From contig OZ004610.1 in NCBI GenBank assembly GCA_963924565.1, positions 9,114,001-9,178,000 of the forward strand: a stretch of 64,000 nucleotides of DNA. Direction: 5' to 3'. Numbering within the stretch: position 1 is the first letter of the stretch; each line of letters opens with the position of its first letter. Made by a program: the position numbers and the translations under genes. Shown here in pieces: positions 53,871 to 64,000 of this stretch. The notes under the pieces are model-generated. The model was not told the origin of the DNA and ran no database searches. It worked only from the letters and a program-made list of their open reading frames with translations. This DNA is from Ascidiella aspersa (lineage: Eukaryota).

Positions 53871-53949
53871 CAAAGAGTCGGACGGCGGCATCTTGTGCGA
53901 CCCTTGCAATCAAGACGACGGCAACGGCGGCAAGATGTCCAACGACAAG
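53871..53949 (+). CDS. RAP1GAP: LIM domain exon 3 and linker (shared phase-2 acceptor)
   Basis: Acceptor cttcattcgtttgcag, donor AG|GTATGT, phase 2 in and 0 out. Translates (R)KESDGGILCDPCNQDDGNGGKMSNDK and supplies the final C-x2-C of the LIM. Confidence 0.88.
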
Positions 53950-54496
53950 GTATGTCAATCCCCTGCTGTGCTTTCTCGGTGCTTTGTTCGTTGACTTGTG
54001 CATTCGCGACCCGCGTTAACGTAGAAAGGTGTCGTCGGTGTGTGTACCCACCTGCTGTAACCGTGTACTGCACAGTAGCGTTTTGCCGTGATTTTAATGT
54101 GAGCCTTCGGTGCCCTGTTGTGTAGTAGAGCACGTTGTTATGTTGTAGCGGTGTCGTAGCTTGACACGCCCGTTTGTATTGTGGTGCGATACGAACTTAC
54201 CAGAGGTGAACATCAAGTAATTGTGCTCCCCGAGGAATCTCTCCAGCCATTTCACTGAAATCGACCCCTTCGCAAAAAAGGCTTTCAAGCACGCCGGAAA
54301 CGAGTTATTGATTTCTGTAGCTGTTTTTTTTCATGGTGATTTCTTTCCAAATTAGTCACGCGTTATCACAAAATTACTCACATAATTAGTTTGAACACAC
54401 ACAGAAGGCGATTTTAATTCATCGCTCATCCGTCATACAGGAATTGGTCGCACAATGCGAACTTTGCGTCATAGCCTGTGTTTTTGTCTTATTTAG

Positions 54497-54532
54497 GCCG
54501 ATGACCTGTTCGCCATGCTCGAGAAAATGCAG
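54497..54532 (+). CDS. RAP1GAP: GoLoco motif exon A
   Basis: Acceptor tttttgtcttatttag, donor AG|GTAAGC, 36 nt. ADDLFAMLEKMQ resembles human RAP1GAP NTDLFEMIEKMQ (from memory). Confidence 0.93.
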
Positions 54533-56786
54533 GTAAGCAAAGCAAAATTCAGATCGATATTCTTAAATCGGATAGCACACACTCGTATCTCCAATAAAAT
54601 GGGCCTGGAGTACATTCGGGTGCTAGATCCGCATTGGCAATGCTTAATTCTTTAATAGGTGCTGTTAATTTGCTTAATTACTTATACGGTCATGTCTGCA
54701 TTTCCGCTTAGACTGTACCGATAATAATAACGTATTGACCATGTAAATGATAGCTCTAACCTAATGCATGTTTACTAAGCTCCTAGCAGCGTAATGAGGT
54801 CCGACGTGGTGTTTGCCAATTTGCATTAGCCGTCCAATACTTTTTTACTTAAAGTTTTGTACTTTGGTGACTGGCAATTTCCCCTTCTGCATTTCACAGA
54901 ATCCCGCGCAAAGGACAGGCAACGTAGAACAGCGAACTTTCATCCTGCATTTAGCCTTTTATATGTGTTAAACACATCTTGTATTATCAGCTGTGTAGCC
55001 TTTATGTACAACCGGTCGTGAAGTGTCGTATCTATATTGTTTCGCATGCCCCAAGTTATCGTCAATCAGGGTAAAACGACAGACACAGAATGAGGTTTAT
55101 AACTGTAGAGTTGAAGAGTACGCATGTAAGTTATGCTCAAATCTGATCCAATAAAATCGGGCCAAATATGCTCTAGTGCCATTTTCACCTCAGGACAGTA
55201 CTTTGCTTTAGTTAAAAAGTGATTTAACAATATTTTAGTATATGATTCGTAGGGCAGTGTTTGTTTTTCCCCAACTGTTTATAACGCAAGGTATTTTGTC
55301 TTATAAAAAAGTATACTTTGTTTCCCCGAATTTAAACCTGCGAAGATGGGCAATAGTTGGATTTTAAAACCCACCTATAGGTTCCACCTTTGTGACCCAT
55401 ATTATTTAAAGTTGTTGCTCTAAAGCACCCGGCGAACATAAGTGACGACGCCCAACAAAAAAAAAATACAACAAAAGAGATGTGGTGCGCTGACCTCATT
55501 TTGACGTTTGTTTAAGTTCACTCTCAAGCGCCCAGCAGGCAAGGTGCGCGCGAGCACATCCATGCGCCCATTGTCCTTATAACACGACGCCGCACCTGCC
55601 TTTCAAGGGCAAAGGTACCACCGCTCCAAGCCCCAAAACTGCGTCAAGGCGTACGTCCATCAATAGGTTCGGAAAAGAAGAACTTGCGCCAAGCGTTGGG
55701 CGCAGATCACGTGAACACTTGAGACGCCTAGGTGCTCGCCCGCAGAGCACTTCCTCGACGAGCGGAAGCGGCTTATTATGTCCCCTGCCTCTCTCTCGCC
55801 AGCCTGCGTGATAGCTGCTCGCAGTAAAGCACTTCTTCTTGACAAGGAACGCGCTGCGTAGCGCTAGGAAGGCGACAGCGCGAGATGTGCAAGCAACTGA
55901 CAGTCGCAAACGAGAGCCAGAACCGGACGCGTCGTTGTCAGCGGCTAATGCGTGGATTACATATGCTTGTTCACGTTTGAGTTGTAAATCACTCTAACAT
56001 CGCTGTATTTCATGAGTGTAGCAGCTTGTCACGCTAATACTTTTAATTCAGTCTTGAGTCGAAAGTTCGAATTAGAGTGCGTGAGTTATAACTATATTGG
56101 CGTTTTTGCAGTCGACAGAAGGGACATCGGCCTCTACGATTTCAGTCGAATCGTAAAGGGCGAGGCAGCGGAAAGGTTGCGTCGAAATATAGGCACTGGG
56201 CAGCAAGGGCCTTGCGTGACAACGCTCCGTGCACTGACTGACCTTTTCGCGCAGGGCTATTTACGTTCAACTAAAAAGAGTCAGTTATTTTCCGCGATCC
56301 GCGCTTCGGTGTAACAGCTTGCTCAGCTTAGATTTTTTTATTCAAGTTATATTTATCGCGTGCACGTTTTCTGACCCAGTCGAATCGTGCACTCAGGAAA
56401 AGTGCTAGGATTTTTAAACAAGCAAAAACGTTAGAGCTATATCTAATGTTTGCCGTAGAATGAGAAAGGAAGGCAGCAAAAATGAAATGCAGAGGGTACG
56501 GAAATACTCGAGAAGCTTTCGATCTGCCATCAAGTACTCGGTACGGCCTTGGCTTTTTGTTTATATTTTATTTATATAACTTAATTACGGCTACCGCCTA
56601 ACAAATTCTCCCACGGTTCAATTTCAAGACAATGTCAGTTGCCAATGACATACATGTCGATTCCCAATTTTAACCACAAAATCTAAATTTGGTTGTGATA
56701 ACGGTCGAACTCTTACCCCTGCAAACCAACAAAAGTAAAAATAACTTGGGAGCAGGCTTGAAACTTGTGTTTGATTTATTTTCAAG

Positions 56787-56855
56787 GCGACCCGTATGGA
56801 CGAACAGCGGTGTTCCTTCCGCCTTCCAAATGCATCCGAGGCGGACAGTTTTCAG
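56787..56855 (+). CDS. RAP1GAP: GoLoco motif exon B
   Basis: Acceptor tttattttcaag, donor AG|GTCTGT, phase 0/0. ATRMDEQRCSFRLPNASEADSFQ carries the GoLoco EQR triad (cf. human GSRMDEQRCSF). Confidence 0.9.
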
Positions 56856-57483
56856 GTCTGTTTCAAGCCTTTAACCATATATTACATGTCCCGACCCTGA
56901 TTGCCAGTCTAAAGACTGCGCATCCTACATTGCTAGTTATGCCTGAAAGTGTAGGTTCCTGTATCTTTATATATAGGAATATTTATCGCGCCTGCGAATT
57001 CTTCTGTTGGCATGAGGCATCCCTAGTTATTAGCGAATGAAACCTTGCTCATTTGTCGCTACTCTTTAATCTTTTTTAAGTTTCCTCAGTTGTGAGTATT
57101 TACTACGACAGAAATCTCACAAGGTTCTAGGCTACATTTTTTAATTTAAAGGTCACATCTGTTCCTGTATTGATTTGTGTAATCGAAATAACCAAAAAAA
57201 GCTTGCCGGGGTTTTCTATCTCTTGATTTACTGATTTACAGTTAAATAACCCGTCATTTCAAACGATCCGCGTTATGTGGTGTGTTGAAGTGACTTTTGC
57301 ATGCTCGTACTTACACGTTGTTGTAGCATTTGTAGCGTGTCGCGTGTGAGCGCTGCGCGCGGATTGTTTTGTGTTGATGCGACCGTCTATCTATATTATA
57401 CTTTACCTAACACGTTACTAATAGAATGACCATTATGCCGGTGATACTTGAATCCTTAGTTATATTTTCTTAAATATTTACGC

Positions 57484-57794
57484 CAGTGTTTCGCAACCTT
57501 TTTCGGCTTGCGGCCTACAGAAATTATAATTTGTTCGAGGCACCCTTGCTCGTGTTTTTCCTGAGTGGTTAACTGTAACGTTACACAATAAACGAGATTG
57601 AAACAGCACATTAACTGTGCAACAAGGTTAACATATCATTTTTTGGTCCTTTCATCGTACACAAAAAATGTATTAAGAAGCTCACCAGTAGAGCAGAAAT
57701 TGGAATCCTAAAATAATTGAAATAGCTCTCGGCATCCATTGAGCATCAATAATGGCACACTAGAGTGCCGCGGCACTCCGGTTGAGAACCACTG
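57484..57794. mobile_element. hAT-like MITE with family A termini, opposite orientation
   Basis: TIRs cagtgtttcgcaacc / ggttgagaaccactg. Flanks atttacgc and ccttacgc match at 6/8, a decayed TSD. Confidence 0.78.
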
Positions 57795-57900
57795 CCTTAC
57801 GCTATTACATTTCCCGTTCAATAAATTGATCAATGCCGATACGCAAGTATCGTATAAAATCAAATTCAAATATTTGAACGAATCGACGTCAACTTTCTAG

Positions 57901-58137
57901 AACGACACACCGATTCCCCTGTACCCCTCCATACACGAGGTACTCCGTCGCGGTGCTCCCTACGCCCAGGTGATTCCCCCTCCGCACGGGGGCTACTGGG
58001 CCAAGGGATTTCACCCGGACTCCAGTCAGCTGCAGGTTCAAACCGACGACCTCAAGTCTGTGGTGCAGCCCTCCTACGAAAGCAGCATCCACAAAGACGA
58101 AGTTACAACCGCTTACAGGGAGCATTTTCTCGGAAAG
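57901..58137 (+). CDS. RAP1GAP: Rap1GAP exon (YPSIHEVL...GGYW...YREHFLGK)
   Basis: Acceptor aactttctag, donor AG|GTAAGC, 237 nt, phase 0/0. NDTPIPLYPSIHEVLRRGAPYAQVIPPPHGGYWAKG...YREHFLGK matches the conserved Rap1GAP region upstream of the catalytic core. Confidence 0.95.
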
Positions 58138-58968
58138 GTAAGCAGCGACTGTTGTTGTGGCGTGATGATACTGATATGATGATGTCATCGTGAGAATTAA
58201 TCTTTCTGGACAGCGGCGACCCGCCAGCTGAAAGGTCGCAGCATTAAGGATCGGCAGTTTTGTGCCAACGCGGCCGGATGTTTATTCGACTAGTCCCCCG
58301 TGCGCTTATAGGAAGGGAGTGTGAAAAAAGTCTTGTTCAATTTTTTAAATAAAATCGCAAAAATAGACGTTAGTATTTTGGTACGACTGTGATTTTGGTA
58401 CGACTGTTGTCATTTTTTGCAAAAGTAGTGTAGAAATTAAAAAAACAGGGGATAAACGCGGCCTTACATTGGTAACCACCTGGTTTAAACTCCTACCCAA
58501 CGTTGTATCGCGTCGACAAACGTCACCGACGTCACCGTGAGAAAGTCGACTTCGTGTTGCTTATTGACCGTGACGCGCCAGATTCTTGTTTACCTTCGAA
58601 TTTCCTTTGCTTTCTTGCGACCAGCGCGGAAACGCGTCAGCGAAATGCAAACGAGCCCGTTCGGCCGAAAGAAGAAGTGCCTGTGAGGTGTCGTTAATAG
58701 CACTGGTGGCAAATTAAGGGTTTCTACTGTCCAGCCGATGCGGAGGGGGCTGCGGCTGTCCAGCTAATTGCTGACACTCGTAGCACCTTTCGTTATTACT
58801 GTGCGCTATAACCATTAACCAATACTGGTTGCAAGTTAAAAATCAAAACATCGCAAGTGCGCTCATGTTACTTCATTTCGAACACTAACGGCCTTCGAAA
58901 CGCACAAGCGCCACAAGTGTTTCGCCCTTGGATTATTTTTTGTGTAATTTGAGTAAAAGTGCGACTAA

Positions 58969-59477
58969 GCAGGTTTAAACCCTTGGCAATCCGCATAAGT
59001 GTTGTTCATGCGTGTTATATTCACTGTTTAAATAGCCTAGGTTAACATAATTAAGTTGAAGATGTTGTCATAGTTATGAAAATGCCAAGTTATTTTCTCT
59101 TTTTTTAAATTAATAAACTATATTAAGTGCTATACCCAATACAAGGCTTTCACACTTTTTTTGTTCGTAGATTGTTTATCGCGTATAACGATTAACGACG
59201 CAGGGTTTAAAACCTCGGCAATCCGCAAAAGTGCTTTTCATGCGTGTTACATTAACTGTTTAAATAAGCCTAGTTTGTCATGATTTGACTGTAAGTTGTT
59301 CTCATAGTTATAGAAAGTTATTTCCTCGTATTTAAATTAATAAACTACATTAAGTCAGGTTTACTGCTACTGTTTGCTATAATAACCAATACAAGGCGTC
59401 CACAAATTTTTTGTTCGTAGATTGTTTATCGCGTAATACGAGTAAAGACGCAGGGTTTAAACCCGCGGCAATCCGCA
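58969..59477 (+). repeat. ~230-250-bp tandem repeat, about 2.1 copies
   Basis: Unit start gcagg(g)tttaaa...ggcaatccgca at about 58969, 59200 and 59450. Internal blocks such as ttcatgcgtgtta, ccaatacaaggc and ttgttcgtagattgtttatcgcgta occur twice. Confidence 0.85.
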
Positions 59478-60669
59478 CATCCGACGAATCCGTTTCTCCC
59501 TGCCTTTAACCCCGCGTTTCCGCCCGCCGGAGAGGTCCCGTCTTGTTTACTATACTGGTGTCCGAGCGGCGGCGATGCGCTTATCGCCCCTGACAGCACC
59601 TTCAATAATTTATGCTTGCTGGAATGCGCAGTGCAGCGAAAAGAGAGAGCGCGGTCTCGGCTTCCTTCTACGGTCGATCAAGCGCCCGTCGGCCCGTCAT
59701 CGCTTATCGGATCGATGCCTTGTTTTTTAAACGTCGACACACATCCGCCCCCCGACCCCACACGAAATTAATATATCCCGAATCCATTGCACTCGCCAGT
59801 TTATTGATTAGGGTGCGATGGCTTCGCTGTGTATAGCCGCTTTCTCTTTTTAAACATGATTCCCCCTCGTAAACATTTGCTTTAATTAAAAACGAAATAT
59901 TTTGCTCGCTATGCATTTTAGTTTCCTCATAACGATGATGCGTCATTAAATTTGAGTATATGGCTGCGGTTTTTTCTTTAAATATTCCGACATAAATAGA
60001 TTGCAAGTTCTAAAATTAGGTCGTCCCAGCTTTGGTATTGACATCGCACCATACTTTGGTTTCGATTCTATCCGCTGAAACATATCATTCCCGGCGTCAA
60101 AACCCTTTTCTTTACCCAGAAGTGGACAAATTGCGTCACTAAACCCCTAGGTCAGCATATCACGGCTGTCGTCACTTTGAATGTGGTCATCTCGTTTCCG
60201 CCTTGATCGGCATTCAGTCTTATGCTAAACCAGCTAAGGAAGTTGCGACGTACGTCTGTCATTTATTGCGTCGTTGCAATGTCCACGTGAAAGGCAACTG
60301 AAGTTGCGCAACAAAAGGTCGTGACTAACATCACGGTGTGCGATTGTGTGTTTTTACCCACACAGTAGCGTTAGGACACAAACAATGGGCCGGTTTCTGG
60401 CTTTTTTACTTTTTGTCTAAAATTATCTAAAATTAACAATTAGCAATAAATGACGTTTGCGGTTACCAAGTCACACAAATGCGTTACATTAGTCCACTTA
60501 AATTGCGAGCAAGGATACCTAATGGGGAAACAAAGTGCATTAGTAAAATCGTAACGCAGGTCTTTCACTGTGACTTTAGTTTATCTCCTCATGAATGAAC
60601 AATTTATTTTTAGCGACGTCCACATTTTCTTAGTTTCTGAAAGCTAAATGCGCCCCTGTGCTTTCGCAG

Positions 60670-60791
60670 GAGCACGTAAACGTATACGCAACCGACGAAA
60701 CCAATGACACGATCGGATCGGTGGTTATGTCGATCAAGTACGAAAGCACCAGTGACAAGGGAAGCCTCGGACAACACCGCGTCATACTCAG
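60670..60791 (+). CDS. RAP1GAP: Rap1GAP exon (EHVNVYATD...HRVILR)
   Basis: Acceptor ctttcgcag, donor AG|GTTAGT, phase 0/2. Translates EHVNVYATDETNDTIGSVVMSIKYESTSDKGSLGQHRVIL(R). Confidence 0.93.
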
Positions 60792-60968
60792 GTTAGTTGA
60801 CTAATAGTGCAACGCCCTTTATCGTTCAACTAGAGTTGGAAAACTTGGAATCCTCGCTGAATGACATTCGCCAAATGACGAATTTCAAAGCTATTCGATA
60901 GATCATGACAAAAAATGACGACTTTCGGTGCTATTCGATTGACCGTGACACAAAATGTCGTCTTTCAG

Positions 60969-61070
60969 GTGTCGGAGCGCCTCTTGGACCCGGTGCTTCC
61001 CCGTCACCCCGGAGAGCGGTGGCCCCCTCCAGTGGGCGAAAAGCATGTGTGAAGACATCAACATCGACCG
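60969..61070 (+). CDS. RAP1GAP: Rap1GAP exon (CRSASWTR...AKSMCEDINIDR)
   Basis: Acceptor tctttcag, donor CG|GTAAGC, phase 2/2. Ends WAKSMCEDINIDR (cf. human MAKLVCEDVNVDR). Confidence 0.93.
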
Positions 61071-61162
61071 GTAAGCGACTTGACACGGATTTGATCGATT
61101 AAGTTGGCAAGTCGTTTCGACATTTCGGATTCGGATATATAGTTTTAACAGCATTTACTTAG

Positions 61163-61506
61163 AATTTTAAACGACACCAGCCTCTGTTAAGTCACAAACT
61201 GCCCGTCCATTTAAGTTGTTCGGGAGCGCCTGTTATGCTTTCAATCCGATTTAACCTATTAAAGCCGACTCTCTATCAAATTTCAAACGATAGCATCCAC
61301 TGTTACGTCACAGTAACCTCCTTTTCGCGTTACTCCAACTTATAATTTTAAACGACACCAGCCTCTGTTAATTCACAAACTGCTCGTCAATCTGATTTGT
61401 TCGGGAGCGCCTGTTATGTTTTCAATTCGTTTTAACATATCTAAGCTCACTCGGTATTGTATTTCAAACGATAAGATCCACTGTTACATCACAATACGCC
61501 TCCTTT
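61163..61506 (+). repeat. ~180-bp tandem duplication filling most of one intron
   Basis: aattttaaacgacaccagcctctgttaa...ttgttcgggagcgcctgttatg...atccactgttac.tcaca at 61163 and 61344. Confidence 0.88.
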
Positions 61507-61515
61507 GCATTGCAG

Positions 61516-61714
61516 GTTCCTGCCGGTGGTGTGCCCGACCGTGTGGCAGAACGTACTGCAGTTCGACGAGCATTCCATCAACGCCACGCACAAGTTCGGC
61601 CTGGTGTACCAGCGTCCTAAACAGGCGCGAGAAGAAGAGGTATTCGGCAACTGCCAGGAGTCGCCTGCTTTCCAGGAGTTCCTCAGCTTCCTCGGCGACA
61701 ACGTCAACCTCCAG
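61516..61714 (+). CDS. RAP1GAP: RapGAP domain exon (FLPVVCP...FDEH...KFGLVYQ...FQEFLSFLG)
   Basis: Acceptor cctttgcattgcag, donor AG|GTACGC, phase 2/0. Contains the conserved FDEH, KFG and EEEVFGN motifs. Confidence 0.96.
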
Positions 61715-62062
61715 GTACGCTTCGGGTGTATTCGATGTCTAACTGTCGTGAGGGTTGCGTCTAAGTATACAGCATCTTTTTGGTATTTTGGTACGGCTCG
61801 ACTGGTTAGTGCAGGGAAAATTAATGTATGGCCACTCGGGAGTTAAGTGCTTTATTTAGGTCGTATTTTTCGCTTTTAACGTCACTGAGAACAACAAGCA
61901 CACGTCAGAAATACTTTTTGTTCGGTTTCAAGTTAATGGAAATGATACACAAATAGTCGCACTTCGAATGATAAGCTAAGCGTGTATTAACTATTTAAAA
62001 TTACATGCGGTCATTTCTCATGTCAAAATTGTGTGCTGCTTCATAAGTCGGATAGTTTTTGT

Positions 62063-62095
62063 CGACAACGTCAACCTCCAGGTTCGCTTCGGGTG
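62063..62095 (+). repeat. Intronic copy of an exon end and splice donor
   Basis: cgacaacgtcaacctccaggttcgcttcgggtg matches 61696-61728 at 32/33. Confidence 0.88.
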
Positions 62096-62520
62096 CCGTT
62101 TATTTTTGCTTTTTTATATAGCCAGTGACGGTTATAACTCGGTTAAGGTCGTTAGTATGTTTGTGGCGTTGTGAGGTGCTGGGCATTTTGGCACTGATTT
62201 GAACAAGGAAGGGCTTCTAACTGTGGTGACTGTGATGGTTAATATGTTTTAATTCGCTTTTTCGGTGATTAAAATTCTTTCAGTCATTTTTATAATACCT
62301 TACATAATTATCAGTCATATTACTTGTTACTTTAGATACAGCATTGTGCTACCCTACATGTATACTTATAGTAAGCAAATCTGTCGCACTAAGCTCCGTC
62401 ATATTGATATAGGATACACTGTTTCCTGATAAAATGACCGAAGCTAATTTTCCTCACATTTGAACGCAGAACCTCTACCTCTCCCGTATACATGCCTCTA
62501 AACTGTTGTTCTCGATTCAG

Positions 62521-62661
62521 GGCTTCCAGGGTTTCCGCGGCGGTCTGGACGTGAACCACGGGCACACTGGCGAGAGCTCGGTACACACTGTGTTCGAAGA
62601 CCGCGAGATAATGTTCCACGTCTCAACCAAGCTGCCATACGTCGAGGGCGACCGACAACAG
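62521..62661 (+). CDS. RAP1GAP: RapGAP domain exon ([10 protein letters not shown]...[12 protein letters not shown]...QQ)
   Basis: Acceptor ttctcgattcag, donor AG|GTGGGT, 141 nt, phase 0/0. Contains the hallmark FRGGLD and [11 protein letters not shown] motifs. Confidence 0.97.
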
Positions 62662-63253
62662 GTGGGTTGCTATTCGCCTGCACGATGTATTTCGCGTTGT
62701 ATTCGGTGTGCATCTGATTTTTATCCGTGTTGACCACAGGTTCATTTTGTGCTGTTTACTTATTGTTTTCTGGATAATTTTTTTTTTGCGAAGGGAGAAA
62801 ATTTTGCGTTGGATGGCAAATCATGGCTGATGTATATAAATAGATATGATACCATTCCTAGTATCAGGCGCGATATTTCAATTGGCAACGTTATGGCCCC
62901 GATCCCATATTATCGGACATACATACTGATAATAATGGTTGCTCGGCAATACAATCCAAACTCCTCCCCAACTAACATGCCTAAAATGTATAAATGATAT
63001 GCCATTATCCCGATGAAGGCGTATTGTATAGGACGTCGAAACGACGATTAATAATAATAAAACTGCTGGATGAGCAACACTCGGTTATATATTATGCCTG
63101 GAAGCAATAGCTTATTTCATGCTTAAAATGTTTTTTTAATTTTTATAGTTTTGACATGTATCCAAAACGGGCTAAGTCCCCGTAAACATAAATTGTCTCT
63201 TTTAAAAAATAACTTATTATACAGTGCTATAAATTCATATTTCTACTTTGCAG

Positions 63254-63409
63254 CTCCAGCGCAAACGTCACATCGGCAACGACATCGTGGCCATCGTGTT
63301 CCAGGACGAAGCGACGCCCTTCGTGCCTAACATGATAACCTCACATTTCCTGCACGCCTACATCGTCATACAGCCCCTGGATCCGTGCACTGACAAGTGC
63401 AGATACAAG
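63254..63409 (+). CDS. RAP1GAP: RapGAP catalytic exon ([17 protein letters not shown])
   Basis: Acceptor ttctactttgcag, donor AG|GTGAAG, 156 nt, phase 0/0. RKRHIGND holds the catalytic asparagine (Asn thumb) of the Rap1GAP family. Confidence 0.97.
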
Positions 63410-63729
63410 GTGAAGAGAGCATTAGCGTTTATCCTGCCTCAAGATTCGATTTTAAATGGAAAGGAAACGTATTATAACACTGAGTTGAATATTATTAGTA
63501 AAGCTTTAATCGAAGAGAAAGAACTATAGAGCAATTATTATTAACACAGCGTAGTTATCCATTCTATTTTCTAAACATCCCCAAACAAACAAATCTTGAT
63601 TTAAACGGTCACTTTCTCTGCCTTCTTTATTGTTGTTTTACCACACATCCATCAGTATAAATTCGCTTCACCACCACACCCCGCCCCTTTTTTGCAAGTT
63701 ACGTAACGAGCCACTGTAACGTCACACAG

Positions 63730-63899
63730 GTGTCGGTCACGTGCCGCGAGGACGTGCCCGAGTTCGAGCCGCCTCTTCCAGAACCTTCGGTGTTCGAGCG
63801 CAACGAGCAGTTCCGCGACTGGCTCTACTGCAAGCTGATCAACGCCGAGACGGCCTGCTGCAAGTCGGAGCAGTTCGCCAAGCTACAGTACAGGACCAG
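63730..63899 (+). CDS. RAP1GAP: RapGAP domain exon ([12 protein letters not shown]...KLINAE...FAKLQYRTR)
   Basis: Acceptor gtcacacag, donor AG|GTACTG, phase 0/2. Conserved C-terminal part of the RapGAP domain; the gene continues beyond the window. Confidence 0.95.
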
Positions 63900-64000
63900 G
63901 TACTGAGTTTGTATTATACTCTTGAACTGCCTATTCAAGTTGCTATTAACCTGTGGGTGTAATTACTTGCAAAGTGCCGAGGGAATTACTTTTGACAAAA

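Larger units (their letters stand above)
4656..63899 (+). other. RAP1GAP: Multi-exon Rap1 GTPase-activating protein gene (LIM-GoLoco-RapGAP), partial at both ends
   Basis: Twelve GT-AG exons join in one frame with consistent intron phases. The product contains a LIM consensus, GoLoco DLFAMLEKMQATRMDEQR, and RapGAP motifs [40 protein letters not shown] and KLINAE. The symbol denotes family homology; orthology was not tested. Confidence 0.95.

Noticed and set aside
56112-56175. Exon-like segment after ttttgcag between the GoLoco exons
   Set aside because: The phase-0 frame hits a stop, the open frame has incompatible phases, and the donor is weak.
1-64000. Most ORFs in the six-frame track, and any prokaryotic system (operon, CRISPR, defence island)
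   Set aside because: The DNA is spliced eukaryotic sequence. The short ORFs mostly start at GTG/TTG, lack recognisable domains and lie in introns. No regularly spaced repeat-spacer array was seen.

Overview
This is eukaryotic (animal) genomic DNA, not prokaryotic. Almost the whole window is one large, intron-rich, plus-strand gene of the Rap1GAP family (RAP1GAP/RAP1GAP2-like). It is incomplete at both ends: the first exon found has a splice acceptor, and the last exon ends at a donor near the window edge. Joining GT-AG exons by hand gives one open frame with the architecture LIM zinc-finger domain - GoLoco motif - RapGAP domain, and the catalytic RKRHIGND motif is intact. The LIM domain is missed by the ORF track because it is split over three exons (4656-4781, 40966-40998, 53871-53949) separated by ~36 kb and ~13 kb introns. 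Inside those introns lie several ATG-started exons that all end in phase-2 donors (5408, 27503, 40594, 43593, 47166), plus a 504-nt phase-2/2 cassette exon (53091-53594). This suggests an array of alternative N-termini that trade the intact LIM domain for disordered, phosphosite-rich leaders on a constant GoLoco-GAP body. The introns also hold hAT-like MITEs with 8-bp target-site duplications, a long hairpin and several local duplications. The organism looks like an invertebrate, possibly a tunicate (CpG appears abundant, TGACGTCA is frequent), but that is a low-confidence inference. All exon calls are from sequence alone and need transcript support.
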